In this document: in pieces, positions 8,640 through 16,756 of the stretch
How positions within the stretch are numbered: the first letter of the stretch is position 1
Layout of the letters: every line of letters starts with the position of its first letter
Virus record (IMG/VR): IMGVR_UViG_3300026541_000038
Coordinates: 1-49,129 of that record
DNA: 49,129 bases
Origin: a virus
Lineage: Duplodnaviria; Caudoviricetes
Reading direction: 5' to 3' (one strand)
The notes under the pieces: generated by a model
The model's input: the letters and a program-made list of their open reading frames with translations, nothing else
Databases searched by the model: none
What the model was told of the DNA's origin: nothing
Translations under genes and position numbers: made by a program

Positions 8640-9082
8640 TTCTCTACATTCTCCTGGGAAGGTATTGCGTAAGGTGTATCTTCATACAATACAAGTTTTA
8701 CTCTGCAAATTTTATCACCATCGTTATAGTTCATTTGTTGTAATAGATATTTATGACCAAATAATTCAATTTCATTCTTAATTTGCTCTTTGAGGTATTG
8801 TTCATGAATATCTTCTACATTTGCTTCTAGTTCAATTATGGTTTTTACTTTATGTTTTTCACTCATTCCTTTACATTCTCCAACATATGTCATCGTGTAT
8901 GGTTTCGTATTAGATTTATAAAAATTAGGATATGATCCGGTACAATCCATTGTCCAATTTGAAGGTAATACTAGAGTTTTGTCTAGGGTGAGAGGTTCAG
9001 TAACTGCGAATGGTTTAGCAATTTCATAGGTAGTAGAAGTTTCAATCAAATATCCTTCACTTACAAGTTCCTCAAGATTCAA
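8636..9082 (-). CDS. Fusion of two cassette ORFs; C-terminal half is a paralog of 9079..9309
   Basis: Internal dyad 8867-8896 with RBS and ATG at 8866 (MSEKHKVKTIIELEA). Confidence 0.7.
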   Translation of the reverse strand: MNLEELVSEGYLIETSTTYEIAKPFAVTEPLTLDKTLVLPSNWTMDCTGSYPNFYKSNTKPYTMTYVGECKGMSEKHKVKTIIELEANVEDIHEQYLKEQIKNEIELFGHKYLLQQMNYNDGDKICRVKLVLYEDTPYAIPSQENVEN

Positions 9083-9309
9083 TTCTTTTCATTCTCCTGA
9101 GACTGTATTGCGTAAGGCGTATCATCATACAATACTAATTTTACTCTACAAATTTTTTCTTTATCATCATAATCAAAGTGCTGTAATAGATATTTATGAC
9201 CAAATAATTCAATTTCATTCTTAATTTGCTCTTTGAGGTATTGTTCATGAATATTTTTGATGTCTGCATCTAGTTCAATTATGGTTTTTACTCTTAGTTT
9301 TTCATCCAT
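9079..9309 (-). CDS. Hypothetical cassette protein (duplicated)
   Basis: Near-identical to 8636..8866. Confidence 0.75.
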   Translation of the reverse strand: MDEKLRVKTIIELDADIKNIHEQYLKEQIKNEIELFGHKYLLQHFDYDDKEKICRVKLVLYDDTPYAIQSQENEKN

Positions 9310-9491
9310 TCTTTACATTCTCCATATTCTGTTTTGCGGGAAGAGGGTAATCAATTGTAAAAATATTTGAACTTAGGACTTCTTTTACAGTGACTGTTGC
9401 ATCATAATCAGCAATAATATCATCATGTCGTGTTGGCCAATCTTCTATTCTTTTTTTCAATCTTCCTTCTCCATAAAGTGTATTGCGTGAA

Positions 9492-9818
9492 TCATGCAGA
9501 ACACCAACCGCCTACAACACATCCTTCTTTATCATCTGCATTATAAAATACTCCTACTATGGGATCCCATTTTGATTTTTGTTCTTCACTAATCACAGAT
9601 TTTGCTTCTTGCTCAGTATGTACAATTTTTTCAGACCATTGAATTTTGTCGTAACTGTGTTGTGCAATAGTTCCAGAGTATTCACATCCATTAACTGATA
9701 TGGCTTCTTGGGAATCAGAATAAAATAATTCTTGTATTTCATCTTTTGTGTGTACTCCCTCATAAGTTCTTGAATCAAATTCTCCACCCATTAGTTTTCT
9801 ATCTCCTTCTCCATACAT
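9492..9818 (-). CDS. Hypothetical protein (GG...YSGTI...GGWCS)
   Basis: ORF track; start probably at MGGEF. Confidence 0.65.
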   Translation of the reverse strand: MYGEGDRKLMGGEFDSRTYEGVHTKDEIQELFYSDSQEAISVNGCEYSGTIAQHSYDKIQWSEKIVHTEQEAKSVISEEQKSKWDPIVGVFYNADDKEGCVVGGWCSA

Positions 9819-9840
9819 TCTCTACGAATGTTAAAATGTT

Positions 9841-9966
9841 TCAATCTATATCAAACCTCTTTCCACAACCTTTGCATTGAACTGATTCTGTTTTTTCAGT
9901 ATGAATTGATTTTCCACACTCTGGACAGTTTGCATCATAGCATATTCTTTTTTTGCCTTTAACCAT
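9841..9966 (-). CDS. 41-aa zinc-ribbon microprotein
   Basis: Hand translation; CPEC and CKGC. Confidence 0.65.
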   Translation of the reverse strand: MVKGKKRICYDANCPECGKSIHTEKTESVQCKGCGKRFDID

Positions 9967-9967
9967 A

Positions 9968-10294
9968 TCATTTGAATCCCTTTTCCTTTTTTGCATCTCT
10001 CATGATGTTATCTATTGCTAACTTTATGTTTGATTTTGATGCACCTAAAGCTAATTCACCTTCAATGAACTCTTCAATAGAGTCAGATAGTTTTACAGTA
10101 AACTCATTATCTCTACCTGGAGCATACACGCCCATTTCAAGGAATTTTACTTTACCGTCAAGTATTTCTTGTAGTTTAGTTTGAGGTATATCAAAAAATT
10201 CTGAAAGATCTTTCAGAGTAGAAGGTCCTTCTTCTATTGATTCTTTTATTTCTTTTTTGTAAACCCTGTTTGGATATTTTTCTTCGTTCTTCAT
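9968..10294 (-). CDS. HTH-containing protein
   Basis: STLKDLSEFFDIPQTKLQEILDG. Confidence 0.6.
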   Translation of the reverse strand: MKNEEKYPNRVYKKEIKESIEEGPSTLKDLSEFFDIPQTKLQEILDGKVKFLEMGVYAPGRDNEFTVKLSDSIEEFIEGELALGASKSNIKLAIDNIMRDAKKEKGFK

Positions 10295-10527
10295 TTCTTA
10301 TCACCTGTGTTACTGGTAACAAGTATATTAATATTGTTACTGGTAACAGATTGGAGTTCTTTAAGATGTGCTTCGTCTTTTACTTTTCCTTTTTCTGCAC
10401 AATACAGTTGAGTTTTACCATTGTATAATGTGATTTCATAGTACAATTCCCCATCCTTTCTTGATGTACTGAATTTTACATATTCTGAACTAAAATAATT
10501 CTCATCTGGAGTTCTTATCGTTTTCAT
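10291..10527 (-). CDS. Hypothetical cassette protein
   Basis: Follows dyad 10538-10567. Confidence 0.6.
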   Translation of the reverse strand: MKTIRTPDENYFSSEYVKFSTSRKDGELYYEITLYNGKTQLYCAEKGKVKDEAHLKELQSVTSNNINILVTSNTGDKK

Positions 10528-10757
10528 ATCATTCTCATCCTATACGTTTGCTTTATTGTGTCGTGTATTAGGTGTGATGTCAAGTGGATCAATTTCGCAC
10601 TAAACACTTTAGTCAAGTTTCATTTCCTCGAAGTGTTTTTTACATAATCTCATTTTAACGGCTTTACTTTTAGGTTCATCTTCTTTTCGATATAAAACTC
10701 CTACCGTGTATTGATTACCACAAAAATAACAATTCTTTGTAAACATCATATCATATT

Positions 10758-11006
10758 TCATTTTGATTTCACAACTCCACCTTTTCGTCTAGTTTCACGA
10801 TTGATTCCTTTACCTATTACACTCATCATGGTTTCACCTAGTAATTCATCTAGTAATTGTAAGTCAGTTGATTCAGTACCAATAGGAGTAAACTTTGATT
10901 CCATAAGGGAATTATCTATCAGTATTTTCAAATCTTGAGCATCCATAGTTGATTCCTTAGCAGAAAACCAACCTACTAACATACAAATTAGATTATTTCT
11001 TTCCAT
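10758..11006 (-). CDS. Hypothetical protein
   Basis: ORF track; GGAG RBS. Confidence 0.6.
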   Translation of the reverse strand: MERNNLICMLVGWFSAKESTMDAQDLKILIDNSLMESKFTPIGTESTDLQLLDELLGETMMSVIGKGINRETRRKGGVVKSK

Positions 11007-11240
11007 TGATTAACTCCATAGCCCTTTGACAACATTGTAAATCTCTAATGTCATTTTTGATTTGGTCTAATTCTTCACGAATTTTTTTATCCAATATCAT
11101 CATCTCCTTGTTTACATTCTTCAAGAAAGTCTTTCAAATCTTTACCAATAGATTCAATCAGATCTAATGCTTGTTCATTATATCCACATTGGATTTGCGA
11201 TTTGACTAGATCAATATAAGGCAGTAATGTTGTAGGGTTT

Positions 11241-11447
11241 TTACTCATCATATTCTCCCGCAATACAGTTACCTCGGATTGTATCTAGGCATTTTATGAT
11301 ATGTTGAACAGTTTGAGTTCTACTCATACAAAAGAAATTGAAGTGATTACAAACAGGACAGTTTTGATTAGGATTAGAACAAGCACATCCTTTTCTCGTA
11401 GTATGTTCACATATAGTACATTTCCTAGTTAAAGTTCCAAATCTCAT
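11241..11447 (-). CDS. Cys-rich zinc-finger microprotein
   Basis: CTIC, CACS, CPVC; bounded by dyads 11259 and 11447. Confidence 0.65.
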   Translation of the reverse strand: MRFGTLTRKCTICEHTTRKGCACSNPNQNCPVCNHFNFFCMSRTQTVQHIIKCLDTIRGNCIAGEYDE

Positions 11448-11563
11448 GCTAAACCTTTTCTCCTGAATGTTCGTTGGCAGTTAAGACATTGTATTTCTAA
11501 ACCATCTACACTTAGACAAATAGGGCATAATTCTTGTCCCCATCTGAATGTTAATCTAGTCAT
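11444..11563 (-). CDS. 39-aa zinc-finger microprotein
   Basis: Hand translation; CPIC and CLNC; bounded by dyads 11447 and 11559. Confidence 0.6.
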   Translation of the reverse strand: MTRLTFRWGQELCPICLSVDGLEIQCLNCQRTFRRKGLA

Positions 11564-11689
11564 TGCCGTTTCTCCTTTTTGTTAACCAACGAACACAATA
11601 ATTATTGAACTCAATATCAGAACAGTTTACTAAAAATTCATAATTGTGTTCCTCCAATACCATTTGATTATTTTGTTTTGGATTAGTGG

Positions 11690-11806
11690 TCATTTAGGAT
11701 TATCTCCAATTGGTTTACCTCTACATCTAAAACACTTGCCCGCTTTTACAGAATTATAAACATAGATTCCATTTCCACACTCTGAACATAATAATGAATT
11801 TGTCAA
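11690..11806 (-). CDS. 38-aa zinc-finger microprotein (paralog of 12175..12273)
   Basis: CSECGNGIY...KCFRCRG; TTG start directly after dyad 11807. Confidence 0.6.
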   Translation of the reverse strand: MTNSLLCSECGNGIYVYNSVKAGKCFRCRGKPIGDNPK

Positions 11807-12057
11807 GGGATAACTCCATCGTAATAATGTTTAACTCGAGCTTTGTATTCTTCTGCTGTTTCATCTGCTTGCCAATTCATAGTTCTTTCGTTTGGTGGAA
11901 TAATGGGTCTAACAGGTCTATTACAATCTTGATAACAAAGATGAGTCCAAGTGTTAGAATTTGGAGTATGTTCTTTTATTGGATTACCACATCCGTAACA
12001 GGTGTCTATACGACACTCTAATTCATCTGTCATTTTGGTTTTGTCTCCGCATAACAT
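11803..12057 (-). CDS. Cys/His-rich hypothetical protein (start probably at MTDELE)
   Basis: CYGC...HLC; bounded by dyads 11807 and 12048. Confidence 0.6.
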   Translation of the reverse strand: MLCGDKTKMTDELECRIDTCYGCGNPIKEHTPNSNTWTHLCYQDCNRPVRPIIPPNERTMNWQADETAEEYKARVKHYYDGVIP

Positions 12058-12174
12058 CTTCTACATACATATCCCTGAATTTCGGTCTTACCGTTATTAC
12101 GTACAAAATGGCTATTTTTATGACCAAAAATTTTACAGAGTAAACAATCCATTATTCACACTTCCTTTCAGATG

Positions 12175-12273
12175 TCATGTACGAAAACCTCTACATCTGT
12201 AACATTTACTAACTTTGATAGAATTGTGAGCATAGATAGGATTGTTACACTCAGAACAATAATGCCAAATCAT
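12175..12273 (-). CDS. 32-aa zinc-finger microprotein
   Basis: MIWHYCSECNNPIYAHNSIKVSKCYRCRGFRT; bounded by dyads 12152 and 12276. Confidence 0.6.
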   Translation of the reverse strand: MIWHYCSECNNPIYAHNSIKVSKCYRCRGFRT

Positions 12274-12500
12274 TACGAACTACCTCCCCTCGATACTGTT
12301 TTGCGTGGATTTGTATTTTTTCTACCCACGATATTATTTATTTTTTCAACTAGTTCTAATGTTAACCAAGATTGTTCAGGCAAAATATTTTGGTTACTGT
12401 ATTCCATTTGTATTAAATTAAGTTTAGATATACCAGTTTTTTTAGTTACCATTCCCCAGAATATGTTAAACCATACATCTACTGGATGCTTTTTACTCAT
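12273..12500 (-). CDS. Hypothetical cassette protein
   Basis: Bounded by dyads 12276 and 12497. Confidence 0.6.
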   Translation of the reverse strand: MSKKHPVDVWFNIFWGMVTKKTGISKLNLIQMEYSNQNILPEQSWLTLELVEKINNIVGRKNTNPRKTVSRGGSS

Positions 12501-13055
12501 TTACCTAATACCTCAAATGTTTTGGAGTATTGTTCACTTCTAATTCCATGCTGTGTTTGAATCCAATTAATACAAAATACAATCTCCGTTAGAGTATGAT
12601 CAGGGAATTGTTTTTGACACCACAAACAAGCCATTACTTTTCTACCTCAACTGTCATAATCCAAGTCCTTGTACTATTGTAATCCAGATTAATGCTTGTA
12701 GATTTATTACAATTACCCAACCTGTTGAATCCTTCATGCTGAACCTCTTTCTTTTTTTGTATCGCAGTAACGACATAGAAAGTGTAATAGTTTGAAAGCA
12801 TCATCATCTCTTGGTTCCCAAACAGATTCTACATAGATTGTACCTAACTTAGTTTTACATACTTCACAGTTTAATGGTCTGAACATTATGACACATCACC
12901 TTTGTTTGATTCTGTATCGCATGGATTCAAAGTATTTTTAGAAAAATGTTCAAACTCTAGAATAGTCATTACTCTTCTAAATTCATGATCATCAATCAAT
13001 GCTAAAACTTCAATAGTATTTGCAGTTTGTTTTGAAAACTTGTAAAATATTTCAC

Positions 13056-13466
13056 TCATGATTTATCTCCCGTGAAACCGTTTGTTTGAAGTATAGTTTT
13101 CACTTTGTCTTTTGGTTCTAATGGAATGTATTGTCCAAATTTAGTTTTGACAACTTTCTTGTATCCATTATTTGTCATGTTTGCAACTAAGATTCTGTTA
13201 TCTGGAACGTTCTTTTTGACTTGTGCAAGTGTCATGACTTCACCAAAATATGTCCAAGGAGAATAATTCGTTGATTTACCCTTCAAAATTTCCCCTGTAT
13301 CTAGATGGGAAAATTCATTTCTATCATAGAACCTATAACCAAAACAATAATTTCCAATTTTTACTTCTGAATAATCTCTAGAGTTTACTTCCTTAGAACT
13401 GGATTCACTCATAAAAACACCAGGAGATAAAAATTCAACAAAGTGTTTTGTATAAATTACAGTCAT
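13056..13466 (-). CDS. Hypothetical phage protein flanked by identical-core dyads
   Basis: 19-bp direct repeat GAAACCGTTTGTTTGAAGT at 13074 and 13478. Confidence 0.75.
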   Translation of the reverse strand: MTVIYTKHFVEFLSPGVFMSESSSKEVNSRDYSEVKIGNYCFGYRFYDRNEFSHLDTGEILKGKSTNYSPWTYFGEVMTLAQVKKNVPDNRILVANMTNNGYKKVVKTKFGQYIPLEPKDKVKTILQTNGFTGDKS

Positions 13467-13506
13467 TTTGTTCCCCCGAAACCGTTTGTTTGAAGTGTTG
13501 TGCGTG

Positions 13507-14193
13507 TCATGAGAATGCCTCCAATGTCTTTGATTTTTTAGAATTAGTAATTCTCTTTTCTACCAAATTAACATATTTTTTTTCTATATCTATCCCAATG
13601 AAACTACGATTAAGATTCTTACATGCTATTCCTGTAGAACCCGAACCCATGTATGGATCTAATACTATATCACCCTCCTCAGAACACCATGTTACTATGT
13701 CTTCTAAAATTTCTAGTGGTTTTTGTGCCGGATGTCCTGTGTTTTCTGATTCTGGTGAATCTTTGATATAGCAATCGTGTTTAACTTTGGCTTTAATATC
13801 ATTACTGTAAAATGGTTTATCTTGACCATTAATAAAAAAACAAACTGGATCTGTTGTCTGCATCCACCCCATCCATCTATGAGCATTGCCCCAACGTCTA
13901 TACAAGTAAATTGATTTTCTATAAACTAAGTCTGTTCCTCTTGCAGCATCAAACAATACCGGGAGTATTCTATTATCATAAAATGTAACTAAGAATTTAT
14001 TTTTTTTCAAAACTCGTGTAACTTCTGGAAATAGTTTATAGATACTTGCTACATTTCTTAAATTATCAGCATCTACACCACTCCCATAATTTTGAGATAC
14101 TTTGTAAGGTGGATCCATTACAACTAAATCTACGGAATTATCATCCATTTTTCGTAATTCATCAAAAGAATCACCATGAATGAATTGATTCAT
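13507..14193 (-). CDS. Amino (N6-A/N4-C) DNA methyltransferase, beta class
   Basis: DPPY catalytic motif precedes HPAQKP and VLDPYMGSGST SAM motif; start moved to ATG 14193. Confidence 0.92.
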   Translation of the reverse strand: MNQFIHGDSFDELRKMDDNSVDLVVMDPPYKVSQNYGSGVDADNLRNVASIYKLFPEVTRVLKKNKFLVTFYDNRILPVLFDAARGTDLVYRKSIYLYRRWGNAHRWMGWMQTTDPVCFFINGQDKPFYSNDIKAKVKHDCYIKDSPESENTGHPAQKPLEILEDIVTWCSEEGDIVLDPYMGSGSTGIACKNLNRSFIGIDIEKKYVNLVEKRITNSKKSKTLEAFS

Positions 14194-14617
14194 TTCCTTC
14201 CCCCTGAACACTTTGAATGATATGTAGTTTTTCTAGAAATTGTTTACAAATAGAACCAATAGTAATATCTCTATAATTCATGGCATATTTTTGTACTCTT
14301 TTAATCTCATCTACTATTGCCTGATTGTTTCTAATCTGATTAATCAGATTGTCTTTATCATCTAGTTTTCCATTTGCTAACCAAACATGATTACAGTTAC
14401 AACATCTAAGATTTGGTAAATATTCATCATCTCCGTACGGAGTAACTTCAATCTCACCACAAATAGGACATTTGATTATTCCTACTCGTTCATATTCATC
14501 TATTTTATCTTGATTCTCTAGGATTTGTTGTTTGATTTCTTTAGTACAATGTAATTCGTATTCCCCTAAAGGGCTTCCACATTTAATGAAGTCTTTCTCC
14601 GCAATACCGTTATTCAA
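14171..14617 (-). CDS. Zinc-ribbon hypothetical protein
   Basis: CPIC and CCNC; dyads 14202 and 14600. Confidence 0.65.
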   Translation of the reverse strand: MNNGIAEKDFIKCGSPLGEYELHCTKEIKQQILENQDKIDEYERVGIIKCPICGEIEVTPYGDDEYLPNLRCCNCNHVWLANGKLDDKDNLINQIRNNQAIVDEIKRVQKYAMNYRDITIGSICKQFLEKLHIIQSVQGEGNESIHSW

Positions 14618-14741
14618 TACTGTTCTTCTCCTGTTGGTTGATCTTCCATGTCACAATCATAACATAATTTTTGTGAGTCCGTTTTCACTATTGTAAACCA
14701 AGTATCACAGTTAGGGCATTGTCTGCCTTCTAAATCGTCTT

Positions 14742-14987
14742 TCATTTTTGTATTTCTCCTGTCTTTCTAGTTAGACGATTCCAGCATTTGTCACAATGCA
14801 TCCCATAAGTCACACCTGTATCAACTACATAATCGCAAGAACAAATGATGTAACCTTTGGCAGTCCAACCGTATTCTTGTTCATGAAAAATTAAATGATA
14901 TGGTAATTGAACTATGAATGATAACCAGTTATAGAAATTATACCATTTGAAATGTAACCAAGAACTACAGTCTTTTACAAGTGTCAT
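14742..14987 (-). CDS. Hypothetical Cys/His protein
   Basis: ORF track. Confidence 0.55.
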   Translation of the reverse strand: MTLVKDCSSWLHFKWYNFYNWLSFIVQLPYHLIFHEQEYGWTAKGYIICSCDYVVDTGVTYGMHCDKCWNRLTRKTGEIQK

Positions 14988-15208
14988 TTTTCAACTCCTT
15001 TAAGATATGATTCACCTGCAAGTTTTCTGATTTCTGTTTTAATCTCATTTATGGCTCTATTACAATCTCCAATAACAAACTGTACACCATGATTTACTCT
15101 ATTGAGTTCTTTTACAACATTCTTTAGAATTATTAAATCTCTTTGAAGAGTTTCCATTTCAGATATTTCTGGACCTTTTAATTGAAATCTATATTCATCT
15201 GATTTCAT
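14984..15208 (-). CDS. Hypothetical coiled-coil protein
   Basis: Follows dyad 15220 with GGAG. Confidence 0.6.
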   Translation of the reverse strand: MKSDEYRFQLKGPEISEMETLQRDLIILKNVVKELNRVNHGVQFVIGDCNRAINEIKTEIRKLAGESYLKGVEK

Positions 15209-15247
15209 TTCTTATCTCCCGCAAAACACTTTAGATTAGATGTCATG

Positions 15248-15727
15248 CTAAAGGATGCCTCCTAATGGTTTTTTTATTCTCTTGACAATCTCTGGCCAAA
15301 TTTCTGGAACTGTAGCTGAACGATCCTCATGTATTCCTAGATTGTGAAGTAATAGTAACTCGTTAATTATGATGTGATTTATTCCTGATAATTCATAGTG
15401 TTCATTTCTCATCTTGTCTTTTTCAATCACATGAGTTTTGTGATCATGAATCCAACCGTCAATCTCCATTATCCATGTAGTATTGTTAATGTATAGTAGC
15501 AAGTCTGGAACGTGAATAATGTATGAGTGATATTCTGTTTCTGTAATTGAATTAGTGATTTTTACAATCTTGCATGTGTTTTTATCAAATAGAATTATTG
15601 GCTCCCTTAATACTTGAATATTATATCTAGTTCTTAGTAGTGTAGCTAAATGGATTAGTTTTTCATTATCTGGTTTATTTTGTCTCATCATTTGCTGACG
15701 GAATTGATTGTATTTTGCGGAGGTCAT
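15248..15727 (-). CDS. PD-(D/E)xK / DUF559 (Vsr-like) endonuclease
   Basis: VPDLL...IMEIDGWIH...D..RNE. Confidence 0.75.
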   Translation of the reverse strand: MTSAKYNQFRQQMMRQNKPDNEKLIHLATLLRTRYNIQVLREPIILFDKNTCKIVKITNSITETEYHSYIIHVPDLLLYINNTTWIMEIDGWIHDHKTHVIEKDKMRNEHYELSGINHIIINELLLLHNLGIHEDRSATVPEIWPEIVKRIKKPLGGIL

Positions 15728-15872
15728 GATACATCTCCATAAGAATAACCTTCAATCTGCGTGATACCATCTAAAGCAGTGCAAAGTAGTTTAACGCAAG
15801 GTCGACATGTACCATATTCATTATTAGTTAATCTTCCACAACCGTTACTACAAATTACTGTACAAGTATGAC

Positions 15873-16079
15873 TCAAGGTGTAATCCCCGATTCTTTGATG
15901 GCATTCTCTTTTGCAATTTCAAAAGTATGTGATTTTAATTGTGGTACTAACTCTTGACCGCTTGCAGTAGTTTCTCTCATGTATTGTCTAAGGACTGTAA
16001 ATGGCTGACGATTATTATGATAGCACCATTTTTCAAATTCATCCCACTCGTAACAATGTCTTAATCTAAAAGTTTTCAA
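15873..16079 (-). CDS. Ribbon-helix-helix-like regulator
   Basis: KTFRLR strand followed by WDEFEKWC...VLRQYM helices. Confidence 0.5.
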   Translation of the reverse strand: MKTFRLRHCYEWDEFEKWCYHNNRQPFTVLRQYMRETTASGQELVPQLKSHTFEIAKENAIKESGITP

Positions 16080-16300
16080 TTTGAAATTTTCTCCCTTAAA
16101 TTAGACTCCTGTTGGTATTTTTTTCTATAAGGTTCTGCAGCTTCATCAATGTAGGATATAGCTGTCACTCTTGCCACATCTAAATGAGTTTTACAAAAAT
16201 CATGTAGTTGTTGCATTGTCCAACCAGAAAGAATTTTTTTTCTAAGATCTAAAACTCTTGAATGTCTTATCTGATTCTCTCTATGCCCCATTATTCCCAC
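16076..16300 (-). CDS. HTH-like protein
   Basis: GWTMQQL...DVARVTAISYIDEA. Confidence 0.5.
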   Translation of the reverse strand: MGIMGHRENQIRHSRVLDLRKKILSGWTMQQLHDFCKTHLDVARVTAISYIDEAAEPYRKKYQQESNLREKISN

Positions 16301-16411
16301 TCCAGTAACAAAGAATTAAAAATAAAAAAAGAATTAATTAATAATAATAATAATGTAATACAGACAGACATACACACACACAGACATACAACAGAATTAT
16401 CTAAAATTTTT

Positions 16412-16756
16412 TTAGACAAGTGTTTGTACCTCGTAGCGTTTGTCTTTTTTCATTTGGAGTGCCATGAGAAAACCATCAATTTGATCAGAAGATAGAGTTT
16501 CAACCCAATCAAAGACTTCTTCATTTTTTAGCATGTCCTGCATTTTTTGCCTAAACTCGTTTGCTTTCTCAGGATCTTTCATCATTTCCTGATAGTTGTG
16601 GACTTTTACCCCTACCTTTGCACACTCTCTTATTGCCTCAGAAGTGTTATTGAAAGGAGCTTTGAAGTTAAGTGGTGATTTTACTAATACCTCAATAGAA
16701 TCTAAATCTATCAAATCCCATCTTGTACTTACTAGTGTGGTTCGTTTAACAGGCAA
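16412..16756 (-). CDS. RHH/CopG-like regulator
   Basis: LVSTR strand ... FNNTSEAIRE. Confidence 0.5.
   Translation of the reverse strand: MPVKRTTLVSTRWDLIDLDSIEVLVKSPLNFKAPFNNTSEAIRECAKVGVKVHNYQEMMKDPEKANEFRQKMQDMLKNEEVFDWVETLSSDQIDGFLMALQMKKDKRYEVQTLV

Larger units (their letters stand above)
7941..15249 (-). mobile_element. Array of small-gene cassettes separated by 30-bp dyad sites (CGCAANACAG-N10-CTGTNTTGCG)
   Basis: 24 dyads at 7941, 8149, 8309, 8640, 8867, 9083, 9309, 9458, 10538, 11259, 11447, 11559, 11807, 12048, 12152, 12276, 12497, 12737, 12892, 13071, 13475, 14202, 14600, 15220 (start of each 30-mer); 23 sit at gene junctions, one at a fusion point; mobility itself is inferred. 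Confidence 0.6.

Noticed and set aside
8636-9309. Diversity-generating retroelement TR/VR pair
   Set aside because: No reverse transcriptase in the genome, and differences between copies are not adenine-restricted.
7941-15249. Canonical integron attC sites
   Set aside because: No consistent RYYYAAC/GTTRRRY boxes or long attC hairpins, and no IntI-specific insertion recognised in the recombinase; reported as a different dyad system instead.
7941-15249. CRISPR or mini-CRISPR array
   Set aside because: Repeats are degenerate and separated by whole genes of variable length; no cas genes.
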